DNA from: Bdellovibrionales bacterium
GTDB taxonomy: Bacteria; Bdellovibrionota; Bdellovibrionia; Bdellovibrionales; UBA1609
Reading direction: 5' to 3'
DNA length: 64,000 nucleotides
Assembly: GCA_965219095.1 (NCBI GenBank)
Contig: CBDCMT010000001.1
Span: 2,132,892 to 2,196,891 of the forward strand
Below the pieces are notes generated by a model that made no database searches, was not told where the DNA came from, and saw only the letters and a program-made list of their open reading frames with translations. Made by a program: the position numbers and the translations under genes. Positions 31,093-40,110 of this stretch are shown one piece after another (positions within the stretch are counted from its first letter, which is position 1; every line of letters starts with the position of its first letter).

Positions 31093-32506
31093 TACCATTT
31101 CCAAAAATTAATTCGACATTTTTTTAACGCATTGCGTCCTGGCTTTTTGATAAAACTCTGTTAAATTTTTAGAGTCATGTCGAAAAAAGATTTAGTTACA
31201 CAGATTCAAGGGTATAATTTTCTAGCTACTTACAAAGTAGAAAGAAGTGCCAACATCAAGACAAAATTATTGGCTTTGCAGCATATGCAAGAAGGAAAAT
31301 CGATTCAAGAAACAGCAGGTATGGTTTTGTATCACCGTCACAGTATCAAATCCTGGTTACAGTCTTTTTTTGTAGACTTTGATTACGAGGGATTGATAGA
31401 TCGAGAAGGCAGAGGACGCAAGCCTCGTTTGCCAGTAACAGAAGAAGAGAGGTTCAAAATCAAGTTAGATGAAATTCAAGACAAAAGAGAGGGAGGAAGC
31501 ATAGGAGCAAAGGGAATACAGAAACTTTTAGCAGATGAATTTAACTGTTGCTATTCTCTTTCTGGGGTTTATGTTTCTTTAGACCGCCTTAATATTGTAT
31601 GGATCAGTGGTCGTTCTCTTCATCCTAAAAGTTCATTAAGAAGCTATGGAACAGTTTAAGGAACATTTTCCAGAAGAGGTGGAGAAAATAAAAGAAAAGA
31701 TTCAGACTCATAAAATAGAGATTTGGTGGCAGGATGAATGCAGAATAAGCTCAGCAAGGTTCTTTGAGCAGGATTTGGGCAAGAAAAGGCACACGGCCTA
31801 GAGTTGTGAGGCAAAGACAATTTTTATCCACTTATATTTTTGGAGCAGTTTGTCCGGATAAAGATAAAGGCTGTGCTTGGATTTTACCGGAATGTAATTC
31901 AGGGATGATGCAAATTCACTTAGATGAGATATCTAAAAATATTCAAGAAAACTATCATGGAATTGTTTTAATGGACAGAGCCAGTTGGCATACCACAGAG
32001 ACTTTGATAGTTCCTAAGAATTTATCCCTGATGCCTTTACCTCCTTATAGTCCAGAATTAAATCCCATGGAACAAGTCTGGCAACAATTACGAAGGATCA
32101 AATTATCGAATGCATGTTTTAAAAACTATGACCATATACTGAATACTTGTTGTGAGGCCTGGAATACTTTTTGCGATCAGGAGGGCAGGATTAAAAAATT
32201 ATGCACTCGATCTTGGGCAAAACAACAAGATGAATCAAGCTTGTAAATTAATTTGAACCTATAAATTAAATTGCGTAACTGATTTTTTTCATTTTACATC
32301 TTAACCTCACTTTTTTACACTTATTTTAACCCATCAATCGATTCACACAACAATAGATATACATAAAATAAACTTATCTTATGAAAACTTAAACTCACCT
32401 TAAAAGAAGTTTTTTTAAAACCTCCTAACTGAAACTTTTCCTTAAGTCAATTTTAAAATTTTAAATTTGAACATGAAAATGTCGAATTAATTTCTGTAAT
32501 TGGTAT
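31093..32506 (+). mobile_element. IS630-family element type 1, copy 2
   Basis: Near-identical to 4194-5608 in the opposite orientation; TA on both flanks; ORFs 31177-31659 and 31764-32246. Confidence 0.92.
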
Positions 32507-32508
32507 TA

Positions 32509-32871
32509 TAACTAGGTTTGAGCTTTTTCAACAATTTAAACGCCGAAAAAATTTCTTTTTGACGTTTTGATACTTCGGCTAAAATGATCTTATCATTTGC
32601 AAGATGGTAAACTTTAAGTTGATCAAGTGTTCTAAATAACTCCTTTTTAGTAACTTTTTTGTATAACTTTTCTTGATTCATAATTTTATCAATATGAGAA
32701 ATTAAAATCAAAGCCAAAAAGTTTATAAAAACACTTCCCTTCATTGAAGTGGATGATTTTACCCTACTCCTTTTTTCAAGAATATTGTGCTTAAAAGATC
32801 TAAATAATCTTTCTATCCCATCTCTACTGCGATAAAGCGATAACACATCCTTCCGATCTAAGCCCCTATTC
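32509..32871 (-). pseudogene. C-terminal remnant of a fourth IS1634/IS4-type transposase
   Basis: LSLYRSRDGIERLFRSFK..RSRVKS..GSVFINFLALIL..EVSKRQKEIFSAF; bounded by IS630 and the hairpin element. Confidence 0.7.
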
Positions 32872-32919
32872 GCCTCCTCAAAAGAACCTCCGGGAACCCA
32901 CAGATTCCCGGGAGGAGCC
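32872..32919. repeat. 48-bp hairpin mini-MITE, hybrid-ended copy
   Basis: gcctcctcaaaagaacctccgggaacccacagatt-cccgggaggagcc; right end is the alternative ggctcctcccggg type. Confidence 0.8.
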
Positions 32920-33090
32920 CTTTTTATAAAGGTCTATAAAAAAACACTCCCTATTTACAAAAATATAAACTTTTTTGCAAGACAACCTTTTTGTTACTTA
33001 AGTTACATAAACCTCTCTAATAACGCACAAAGTCTTAAAGGACCTCCCTAGAATTATTGAAATTGTAATCAAAAGAAGCTAAAAGTAAGT

Positions 33091-33474
33091 ATGTCTGTTT
33101 CAAAAGTCATTTGTAGTTCTAAAGCTCCTCAACCTGTAGGCCCCTATAGTCAGGCCATTCAAGTGGGGCATTTTGTGTTTTTATCGGGGCAGATTCCTAT
33201 TTGTGCTAAGACTAATGAACTTGTTTTAGGGTCTATTGAGAAACAAACTGATCAGGTAATGAAAAACATAGGCTTTGTTCTTCAAGAAGCTGGTCTAAAC
33301 TTTGAACATATTGTCAAAGCCACAATTTTTCTTACTTCTTTAGAGAATTTTAATAAAGTCAATGCCATTTACTCTAGTTATTTTTCAGAAGCCCCTCCTT
33401 CCCGTTCCTGTGTTGAAGTTTCTAAACTGCCTAAAAATGTTGATGTAGAGATTGAAGTGGTGGCTTTTTGTTAA
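33091..33474 (+). CDS. ridA: RidA/YjgF enamine deaminase
   Basis: APQPVGPYSQAI, FLSGQIP, PSRSCVEVSKLPKNVDVEIE. Confidence 0.92.
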   Translation: MSVSKVICSSKAPQPVGPYSQAIQVGHFVFLSGQIPICAKTNELVLGSIEKQTDQVMKNIGFVLQEAGLNFEHIVKATIFLTSLENFNKVNAIYSSYFSEAPPSRSCVEVSKLPKNVDVEIEVVAFC

Positions 33475-33496
33475 GTTTTTAACTCTTGTGAAGTTT

Positions 33497-34054
33497 ATGA
33501 AAATGATTAACATATATACATTTTTTACAGTTTTTATTTTTATTTTTTCTTTTTTGTTCTTAAAAGAACTTCAAAAAGTTAAAAAATTTGAAATCACCTC
33601 ATGGACTCAAGATCAAACAGCCGATTGTGCTGTTAGTCTCACTGGAAAAGCCTATCGAATTGAAGAGGGGTTTAATTTGTTAGTACAAAAACAAATCAAA
33701 AATCTTATTATATCTGGAGTTCACAAAAGTTCTTCTTTAGAAGAGATCTTTCCTGCTTGGCCGTTTTATGGGAGCCTTGATAAAAAAAGAGTTATTTTAG
33801 ATAAAGTTTCTAAAACAACTTATAGTAATGCTCAACAAAGTTTATTTCTAGCAAAAACCATAGGATGCAAATCTCTTATTGTCATCACTTCTCACCTTCA
33901 TATGTACAGAGCTTATAAAACCTTTCAGGCGATTTTTCCAAGCCATATTCAACTCCAATCTCGCTCCGTGGTCTCAGGACGTCTTAAACCTAGCATAAGA
34001 GAATTTTTTACTGAAACCTTTAAATCCTTATTCTATAATTTATGGGTATATTAG
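33497..34054 (+). CDS. YdcF/DUF218-family membrane protein
   Basis: N-terminal TM; VSLTG..RI, IISGV, SKTTYSNA, VITSHLHMYRA. Confidence 0.8.
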   Translation: MKMINIYTFFTVFIFIFSFLFLKELQKVKKFEITSWTQDQTADCAVSLTGKAYRIEEGFNLLVQKQIKNLIISGVHKSSSLEEIFPAWPFYGSLDKKRVILDKVSKTTYSNAQQSLFLAKTIGCKSLIVITSHLHMYRAYKTFQAIFPSHIQLQSRSVVSGRLKPSIREFFTETFKSLFYNLWVY

Positions 34055-35254
34055 GTGTTTAAAAATCATTTAGGTTTTTATTTTTTAAAAAATTACCTTT
34101 TTTCTAAAAGATCTGATTCCATTGTAAAAGTGATCTCCTATATTAGTATAATAACTATGTCTTTGGCCTTTTTTTCTTTTTTACTTGTTCTTTCTGTGAT
34201 GAAAGGATTGAAGGAATCTTCTGTGTCTAGGTATCTGAAAGCAGAGCCTCATTTAGAAGTTATAGTTCCCTCCCCTAAAGACAAAAGAATTGCTTCACTT
34301 GAAAAAAGTTTGAATAATCAAAATGTAAAAAGACATTACATTTTTGAAAGCCAAGACTTGATCCTGAAAAATTCAGAAGGATTGCTTTCAGGAGTAAAGG
34401 CTATAGGTTTAAAAAAGAAGAATCTTATTAGATTTTTTAATAAGCCAGAAAATAAGAAATTAGCTCAAGATCTCTTAAAAAAAGAAGTACTCATAGGTGC
34501 CGACATAGCCTATACCCATAATTTTCTAGAAGGTGAAAGTTTGACAGCTTTCCCTCTAGAAGCAGCTCTTTACCCTGTGGGAGAAGTTCCTCTTTCAGAG
34601 TCTGTAAGTATAAAGGGTCTGTTTAGTTTAGACGTTCCTGAGATTGATGGATCTACTATTTTTTATGTCATAAACGATACTTTTTCAGACTTTCGCAACT
34701 CAAAACAAAAAACCATAGGAGTTCATGTTAAATTAAAAAATCCTTACAAATACAAGGTTTTAGAAAATGATATAAAAGCTCTTGGATTTCAAGTGTCTTC
34801 TTGGAAGGATCGCAATTCTGATTTTTTCTTCTCTCTCCAGCTAGAGAAACTGGTTATGGCTTTGTTTTTAGTCCTTACAGGACTTTTAGCTTCTTTCTCA
34901 GTTTCGACCGTATTATCTCTTTTAATAGAACAAAAGCAACAAGAGATCTCCACTTTAATGTCAATAGGTCTATGCTTAAACAGTGTAAAAAAACTTTTTA
35001 GACAAATTAGCTTCTTACTCTCATTTTTGGGTTTAGCTATTGGTTTGGGGCTTTCTATTCTCGTTTGTCTTTATTTAGAGGCCTATCCTCTTTATCTTCT
35101 CCCCTCCCATGTGTTTTACGATTCAAGTCTTCCTGTTCATTTGACTTTAGATACCTTTTTATTTGTTTTTACTGTGGGGATTTTTATAGTTTTTCTCAAC
35201 TCAAGACTTGCTGTTTTAGGATTTAAACCCCTTTTAAGAAGAAACTCATCATGA
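34055..35254 (+). CDS. LolC/LolE-like (FtsX/MacB) ABC transporter permease
   Basis: VLSVMKG, periplasmic domain, SWKDRN..LQLEKLVM, KQQEISTLMSIG, C-terminal TMs. Confidence 0.82.
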   Translation: MFKNHLGFYFLKNYLFSKRSDSIVKVISYISIITMSLAFFSFLLVLSVMKGLKESSVSRYLKAEPHLEVIVPSPKDKRIASLEKSLNNQNVKRHYIFESQDLILKNSEGLLSGVKAIGLKKKNLIRFFNKPENKKLAQDLLKKEVLIGADIAYTHNFLEGESLTAFPLEAALYPVGEVPLSESVSIKGLFSLDVPEIDGSTIFYVINDTFSDFRNSKQKTIGVHVKLKNPYKYKVLENDIKALGFQVSSWKDRNSDFFFSLQLEKLVMALFLVLTGLLASFSVSTVLSLLIEQKQQEISTLMSIGLCLNSVKKLFRQISFLLSFLGLAIGLGLSILVCLYLEAYPLYLLPSHVFYDSSLPVHLTLDTFLFVFTVGIFIVFLNSRLAVLGFKPLLRRNSS

Positions 35255-36135
35255 AAGCATTTCATTGTGCTAGTTACGGCAAATGGATCTTATGCGGTGA
35301 ACATGCTGTCTTGAGAAACCATTCAGCTTTAGTTTTTCCTATCTACTCTAAAAAGCTAAACTTCCACTATAAGCCGGAAGATAAGCCCTTAAATGTAAGA
35401 GGAGAAGGAGGCTTTAGCGAACATTATAGATTTTTGTTTTTATCTATTTATCATAAAGCCCTAGATATGCTAAACATAAAATCTTTAAGAGGGGAGATTC
35501 ATCTTTCAGGAAATTTGCCCGTAGGCTCAGGCTTAGGAGCATCAGCTAGCGTGTCTGTTATTTTAGGAAAGTGGTTTAAATTTTTGGGTTTTATAAAAAC
35601 AGAAGAACTTTTTAGTTTTTGTAAAGGTCTAGAGGATGTTTTTCATGGAGAAAGTAGTGGCGCTGATATTGCCGTTAATTTAGAAGAAAAGCCTATTTGT
35701 TTTACAAAAACCTCTTCACAGCCTATCATTCATCCTTTACGGTTAAAATGGAATCCTTACTGGCTTTTATCTTTTTCAGGAGAAATGGGATTCACAGCAG
35801 ATTGTGTAAGAAAAGTCAAAGATCTATTCAAAACTGATCCTCAACACGCAAGAAAACTTGATCTGACCATGAAAGAGGCTGTGGAAGAAGCTTCAAAGGC
35901 AATTTGTGTTTTAGATCAAAAGGAAGGACTCTATGTCTTAAAAGAGGCTGTTGATAAGGCTTATGCTTGCTTTAAAGGTTGGGGTTTGATCACTGATCAT
36001 TTAGAAAGTTATATGGAAAGCCTAAGAGAGAAAAATTGTTTAGCCTTAAAACCCACAGGAGCTGGTGAAGGAGGTTATGTGCTGTCTTTGTGGAACTCTT
36101 ATCCCACACTCCAGAAATCTTTTATTAAGATTTAG
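35251..36135 (+). CDS. Mevalonate kinase (GHMP kinase family)
   Basis: GKWILCGEHAV, LPVGSGLGASA, FHGESSGAD, KPTGAGEGG. Confidence 0.82.
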   Translation: MKAFHCASYGKWILCGEHAVLRNHSALVFPIYSKKLNFHYKPEDKPLNVRGEGGFSEHYRFLFLSIYHKALDMLNIKSLRGEIHLSGNLPVGSGLGASASVSVILGKWFKFLGFIKTEELFSFCKGLEDVFHGESSGADIAVNLEEKPICFTKTSSQPIIHPLRLKWNPYWLLSFSGEMGFTADCVRKVKDLFKTDPQHARKLDLTMKEAVEEASKAICVLDQKEGLYVLKEAVDKAYACFKGWGLITDHLESYMESLREKNCLALKPTGAGEGGYVLSLWNSYPTLQKSFIKI

Positions 36136-36408
36136 TTTACAACCTCTTCCCTCATAATGAAACCTCAAGCACTCTTCTAACGATCAAACGTTTTATATGT
36201 CGAAAAATTTTATCTCTCCATGGAAAGTATAGCTTGTATTTTTTACTATTTCCCTACAAATCATGAATTGAAAATCGTTTTATTTGTAAGAATATTTTGT
36301 ATAATCAACATAACCCTCTTTTTGTCTCAAAATGAGTCACTCGGACTAAAGGTATAAACTGAATCTGTCGATAAAAGATTGTAAAAAAAAATAAAAAAAG
36401 GGAAAGGA

Positions 36409-37101
36409 ATGAAATCTTTAATCATAATTTTACTATCAGTCTTGAGCGTACAAGTAAAAGCTAGCCATTGTACTGAAGAGTGTTGTAAGATTGAGAATTT
36501 TAAGGCAAATAATTGTCCAGAAGCAAAAATTTTAAGCTCGAATCTTTTGAGCGACTCCGGTTTTATGACTCTTTTTATGGGGAGTTTGGGAGTTTCCAGT
36601 GCTACAGCAGCCCTTACAGACTCCGTTAAAAAAGCATGCCTTGTGAATGCAGGCTTATCTGGCACTCTAGCTTATAAAACTTACAAACACAAAATGGCCT
36701 GTCAAGTCAAAATGAGTGATACACACAGTTCTCTATGTGTCGCAAATTTAGAGAGATTAAAAGTACAATTGATGGTTGCTATGACATCCCTCCTAGCTTC
36801 TACAGGTTGTGCGGCTGTTTTAGAAGTCAATGAAAAAATGGATGATAAACTAAACCGTTTAGGTGATGATGTAAATAAAATCAAAACCAAAACGATAATA
36901 GAAATAGGAAATATGATCGATCAAAAAATAGAAGCATCAATAAATAGACTAAAAAACAGTGACGAAATAAAAGCTCTTAAGGCTCAACTGTTGGAAGATA
37001 TAAAAAATGAAGTCAGTGGTGTAAAGGGCGAAGCGTTGCAAGATATAGAAAACATGATCGATAGAAAAATAGATGAATATAGAAAAAAACTGGGAATCTA
37101 A
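36409..37101 (+). CDS. Hypothetical secreted protein: Cys-rich N-terminus, hydrophobic helices, repeated coiled-coil C-terminus
   Basis: Purine-rich SD-like region; signal MKSLIIILLSVLSVQVKA; repeats EIGNMIDQKIE / DIENMIDRKID. Confidence 0.7.
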   Translation: MKSLIIILLSVLSVQVKASHCTEECCKIENFKANNCPEAKILSSNLLSDSGFMTLFMGSLGVSSATAALTDSVKKACLVNAGLSGTLAYKTYKHKMACQVKMSDTHSSLCVANLERLKVQLMVAMTSLLASTGCAAVLEVNEKMDDKLNRLGDDVNKIKTKTIIEIGNMIDQKIEASINRLKNSDEIKALKAQLLEDIKNEVSGVKGEALQDIENMIDRKIDEYRKKLGI

Positions 37102-37182
37102 GTTAAGAGATATCGTTTTTTAGTTTTAAAATATGCAAGTATTTAAAGTATGAAGCGTTTATTGATAGGGAGATAAGGGATT

Positions 37183-38400
37183 ATGAAGGGATATTTTTTT
37201 TCTCTATACCCATTGCTGTTCTTGATTTTTTTAATTTTTTCATTTTTTTTATTTCAAAACTGTTCTTTTAGAATAAAAGGCGAGGATTCAGAAAGCGAGT
37301 TCTCAATTTCGGCAATTTTTGAAACTTCAGAAGAGTGTTGGAATTCTGATTTTCAGAGTTGCATTTTTTTTAAAAATCCTTTTTATTCTATGTCCATTCA
37401 AGATCAAAACAATTTTTCTATAAAGGAAAGTTGGTTCAAAGAAGATTTAAGTTTATTTCAAATTCAAGCTATTGATCTTGAAGGTCTAGACTCTTCAGGT
37501 TTTTTAAAAAATGAAAGATTCTCTGTTATACCTTATGAGGATGAAAGACTTTCTGTCAAATCAATGGGAGAGAATAAGTTAAAATTTCACTACCCTTCTT
37601 CAGAATTAGCTCAAATAACTGCATACTACTGGACTCATAGAACTTTGAATCTCATAGAAAGCTTCATGCCTAAAGAAACCATAGCTCATACAGAAACATT
37701 CCAAGTCCATACAAAAGCAAAAACAACAGGATGGTCTTCAAAAAAGAAATCCATATATCTTGGATATGATGAACAACTGGATACAGCCTTCAGTGCTGAA
37801 ACCACCATTCATCTTGTAGCAGAAGCCAGTCTTTTTTTTCAAACCAATGGTGCTGTCTATAAACTTAAAGATAAGACAAAACATATCACTTGTGGTTTCA
37901 TGCAAAAAGATAAAACAGTGGCTTTATATAAAGACCACTGCTGTTCTTTAAAGAGGGGTTGCTCTAAAGCCCTTATTTTTGGGCAAGGCGATTATATTGT
38001 AAGTTTGTTCTTTCCTAGGGCTCCTATTGTAGGGGAAAGCTATGCTGGCAGTCTCACAGGTTTAAGCTACTGCGGAATTTCAAGAAACCTTAGCGAAGTG
38101 CGTCAAAAAACTGCAGAAGAGTTCTTTACTGCTTGTTCAGAAGAGGGAATGCCAGGGCAGATTTTCACTATGGGGATTTTTTATGCCTCTCTTTGGTGGA
38201 ACATCAGGCAACAAGCTCTCCTTGAGAAAAAAGAAGATGACGTAGATAAGCTTTTCTTCCTTCATCTCTTAAGATTAAACGGTGATGATGACATTATAAC
38301 AGCCTTTGAGAAAGTCAGAAATTTAGATTCAGAAATTTTTCCTAAAGAAGAAAGTCTTTATTCTTTATTTGAAGAGGAACTTAAAGAGAGAGGGCTTTAG
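37183..38400 (+). CDS. Probable lipoprotein with a degenerate M36/M4-like metallopeptidase fold
   Basis: Hydrophobic signal ending FQNC; AQITAYYW, SIYLG..AETTIHLVAEA, ALIFGQGDY, MGIFYASLWWNIR spaced like fungalysin/thermolysin motifs but lacking HExxH. Confidence 0.65.
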   Translation: MKGYFFSLYPLLFLIFLIFSFFLFQNCSFRIKGEDSESEFSISAIFETSEECWNSDFQSCIFFKNPFYSMSIQDQNNFSIKESWFKEDLSLFQIQAIDLEGLDSSGFLKNERFSVIPYEDERLSVKSMGENKLKFHYPSSELAQITAYYWTHRTLNLIESFMPKETIAHTETFQVHTKAKTTGWSSKKKSIYLGYDEQLDTAFSAETTIHLVAEASLFFQTNGAVYKLKDKTKHITCGFMQKDKTVALYKDHCCSLKRGCSKALIFGQGDYIVSLFFPRAPIVGESYAGSLTGLSYCGISRNLSEVRQKTAEEFFTACSEEGMPGQIFTMGIFYASLWWNIRQQALLEKKEDDVDKLFFLHLLRLNGDDDIITAFEKVRNLDSEIFPKEESLYSLFEEELKERGL

Positions 38401-38403
38401 AAC

Positions 38404-38664
38404 ATGTTAAGAAGAAAAAAACTTTATTTTATTTTTTATTTAATAACTTTTTTATCTATTATGGCCATAGGAGTTTATTTTAATTCCACAAAGCCAAAAA
38501 GCATTTCTAAAGTAACCCAAGAAAAAACGGTTCAAAAAGAAAATATTGCAAAAAAAAGCTCTTCCTTTTCTTCACAAGCGTTAACGAAAACCTCATCAAC
38601 AAACATACCAAATTCTGAAAGAAAGGATTCTCTGTCAAAATCAGCGCCACTACTTTCTCCATGA
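38404..38664 (+). pseudogene. Single-pass membrane protein, probably truncated by the inverted lolC/E-mvk copy
   Basis: N-terminal TM and Ser/Lys-rich linker; frame runs into the duplicated sequence at 38640 and stops. Confidence 0.5.
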
Positions 38665-39501
38665 AAAACATCCTCTAGACCTTTACAAAAACTAAAAAGT
38701 TCTTCTGTTTTTATAAAGCCTAAAAATTTAAACCACTTTCCTAAAATAACAGACACGCTAGCTGAGGCTCCTAAGCCTGAGCCTACGGGCAAATTTCCTG
38801 AAAGATGAATCTCCCCTCTTAAAGATTTTATGTTTAGCATATCTAGGGCTTTATGATAAATGGATAAAAACAAAAATCTGTAATGCTCGCTAAAATTCCC
38901 TTCGCTTCTTACATTTAAAGGCTTATCTTCTGGTTCATAGTAGAGGTTTAGCTTTTTAGAGTAAATAGGAAAAACTAAAGCGGAATGGTTTCTTAAAACA
39001 GCATGTTCACCGCATAAGATCCATTTGCCGTAACTAGCACAATTAAATGTTTTCATGAGAAGTATCCCTTAAAAGAGGTTTAAATCCTGAAACAGCAAGT
39101 CTTGAATTGAGAAAAACCATAAAAACCCCTGCTGTTAAAACAAATAAAAAGGTATCTAAAGTTAAGCGAACAGGAAGGCTCGAATCATAAAACACATGGG
39201 AGGGGAGAAGGTACAGAGGATGAGTCTCTAAGTAAAGACAAACAAGAACAGAAAGCCCCAAACCAATAGCTAAACCTAAAAAGGAGAGTAAAAAGCTAAT
39301 TTATCTAAAAAGTTTTTTCACATTATCTAAAGAGAGTCCTATTGACATTAAAGTGGAGATATCTTGTTGTTTCTGCTCTATTAAAAGAGATAGCACAGTC
39401 GAAACTGAAAAAGAGGCTAAAATTCCTGTGAGGGCTAAAAACAAAGCCATGACAAATTTCTCTAGCTGGAGAGAGAAGAAAAAATCAGAATTACGATCTT
39501 T
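38640..39501 (-). pseudogene. Inverted, diverged second copy of the lolC/E 3' end plus mevalonate kinase 5' half
   Basis: Collinear with 34803-35667; many third-position changes; caa>taa nonsense at 39301-39303; both genes are partial. Confidence 0.88.
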
Positions 39502-40110
39502 GCCGAGCTCCACTAGCATGCTGATGAATCGATACGTAATACCAATTACAGAAATTAATTCGACATTTTCATGTTCAAATTTAAAATTTTAAAATTGACT
39601 TAAGGAAAAGTTTCAGTTAGGAGGTTTTAAAAAAACTTCTTTTAAGGTGAGTTTAAGTTTTCATAAGATAAGTTTATTTCAGGTATATCTATTTGTTGTG
39701 TAAATCGATTGATGGGTTAAAATAAGTGTAAAAAAGTGAGGGTAAAATTTAAAATAACAAAAATCAGTTACACAATTTAATTTATAGGTTCAAATTAATT
39801 TACAAGCTTGATTCATCTTGTTGTTTTGTCCAAGATCGAGTGCATAATTTTTTAATCCTGCCCTCCTGATCGCAAAAAGTATTCCAGGCCTCACAACAAG
39901 TATTCAGTATATGGTCATAGTTTTTAAAACATGCATTCGATAATTTGATCCTTCGTAATTGTTGCCAGACTTGTTCCATGGGATTTAATTCTGGACTATA
40001 AGGAGGTAAAGGCATCAGGGATAAATTCTTAGGAACTATCAAAGTCTCTGTGGTATGCCAACTGGCTCTGTCCATTAAAACAATTCCATGATAGTTTTCT
40101 TGAATATTTT

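Noticed and set aside
31600-31790. Standard programmed -1 frameshift joining the IS630 ORFs
   Set aside because: Restoring the protein needs two separate +1 shifts, and no slippery heptamer is evident at either site.
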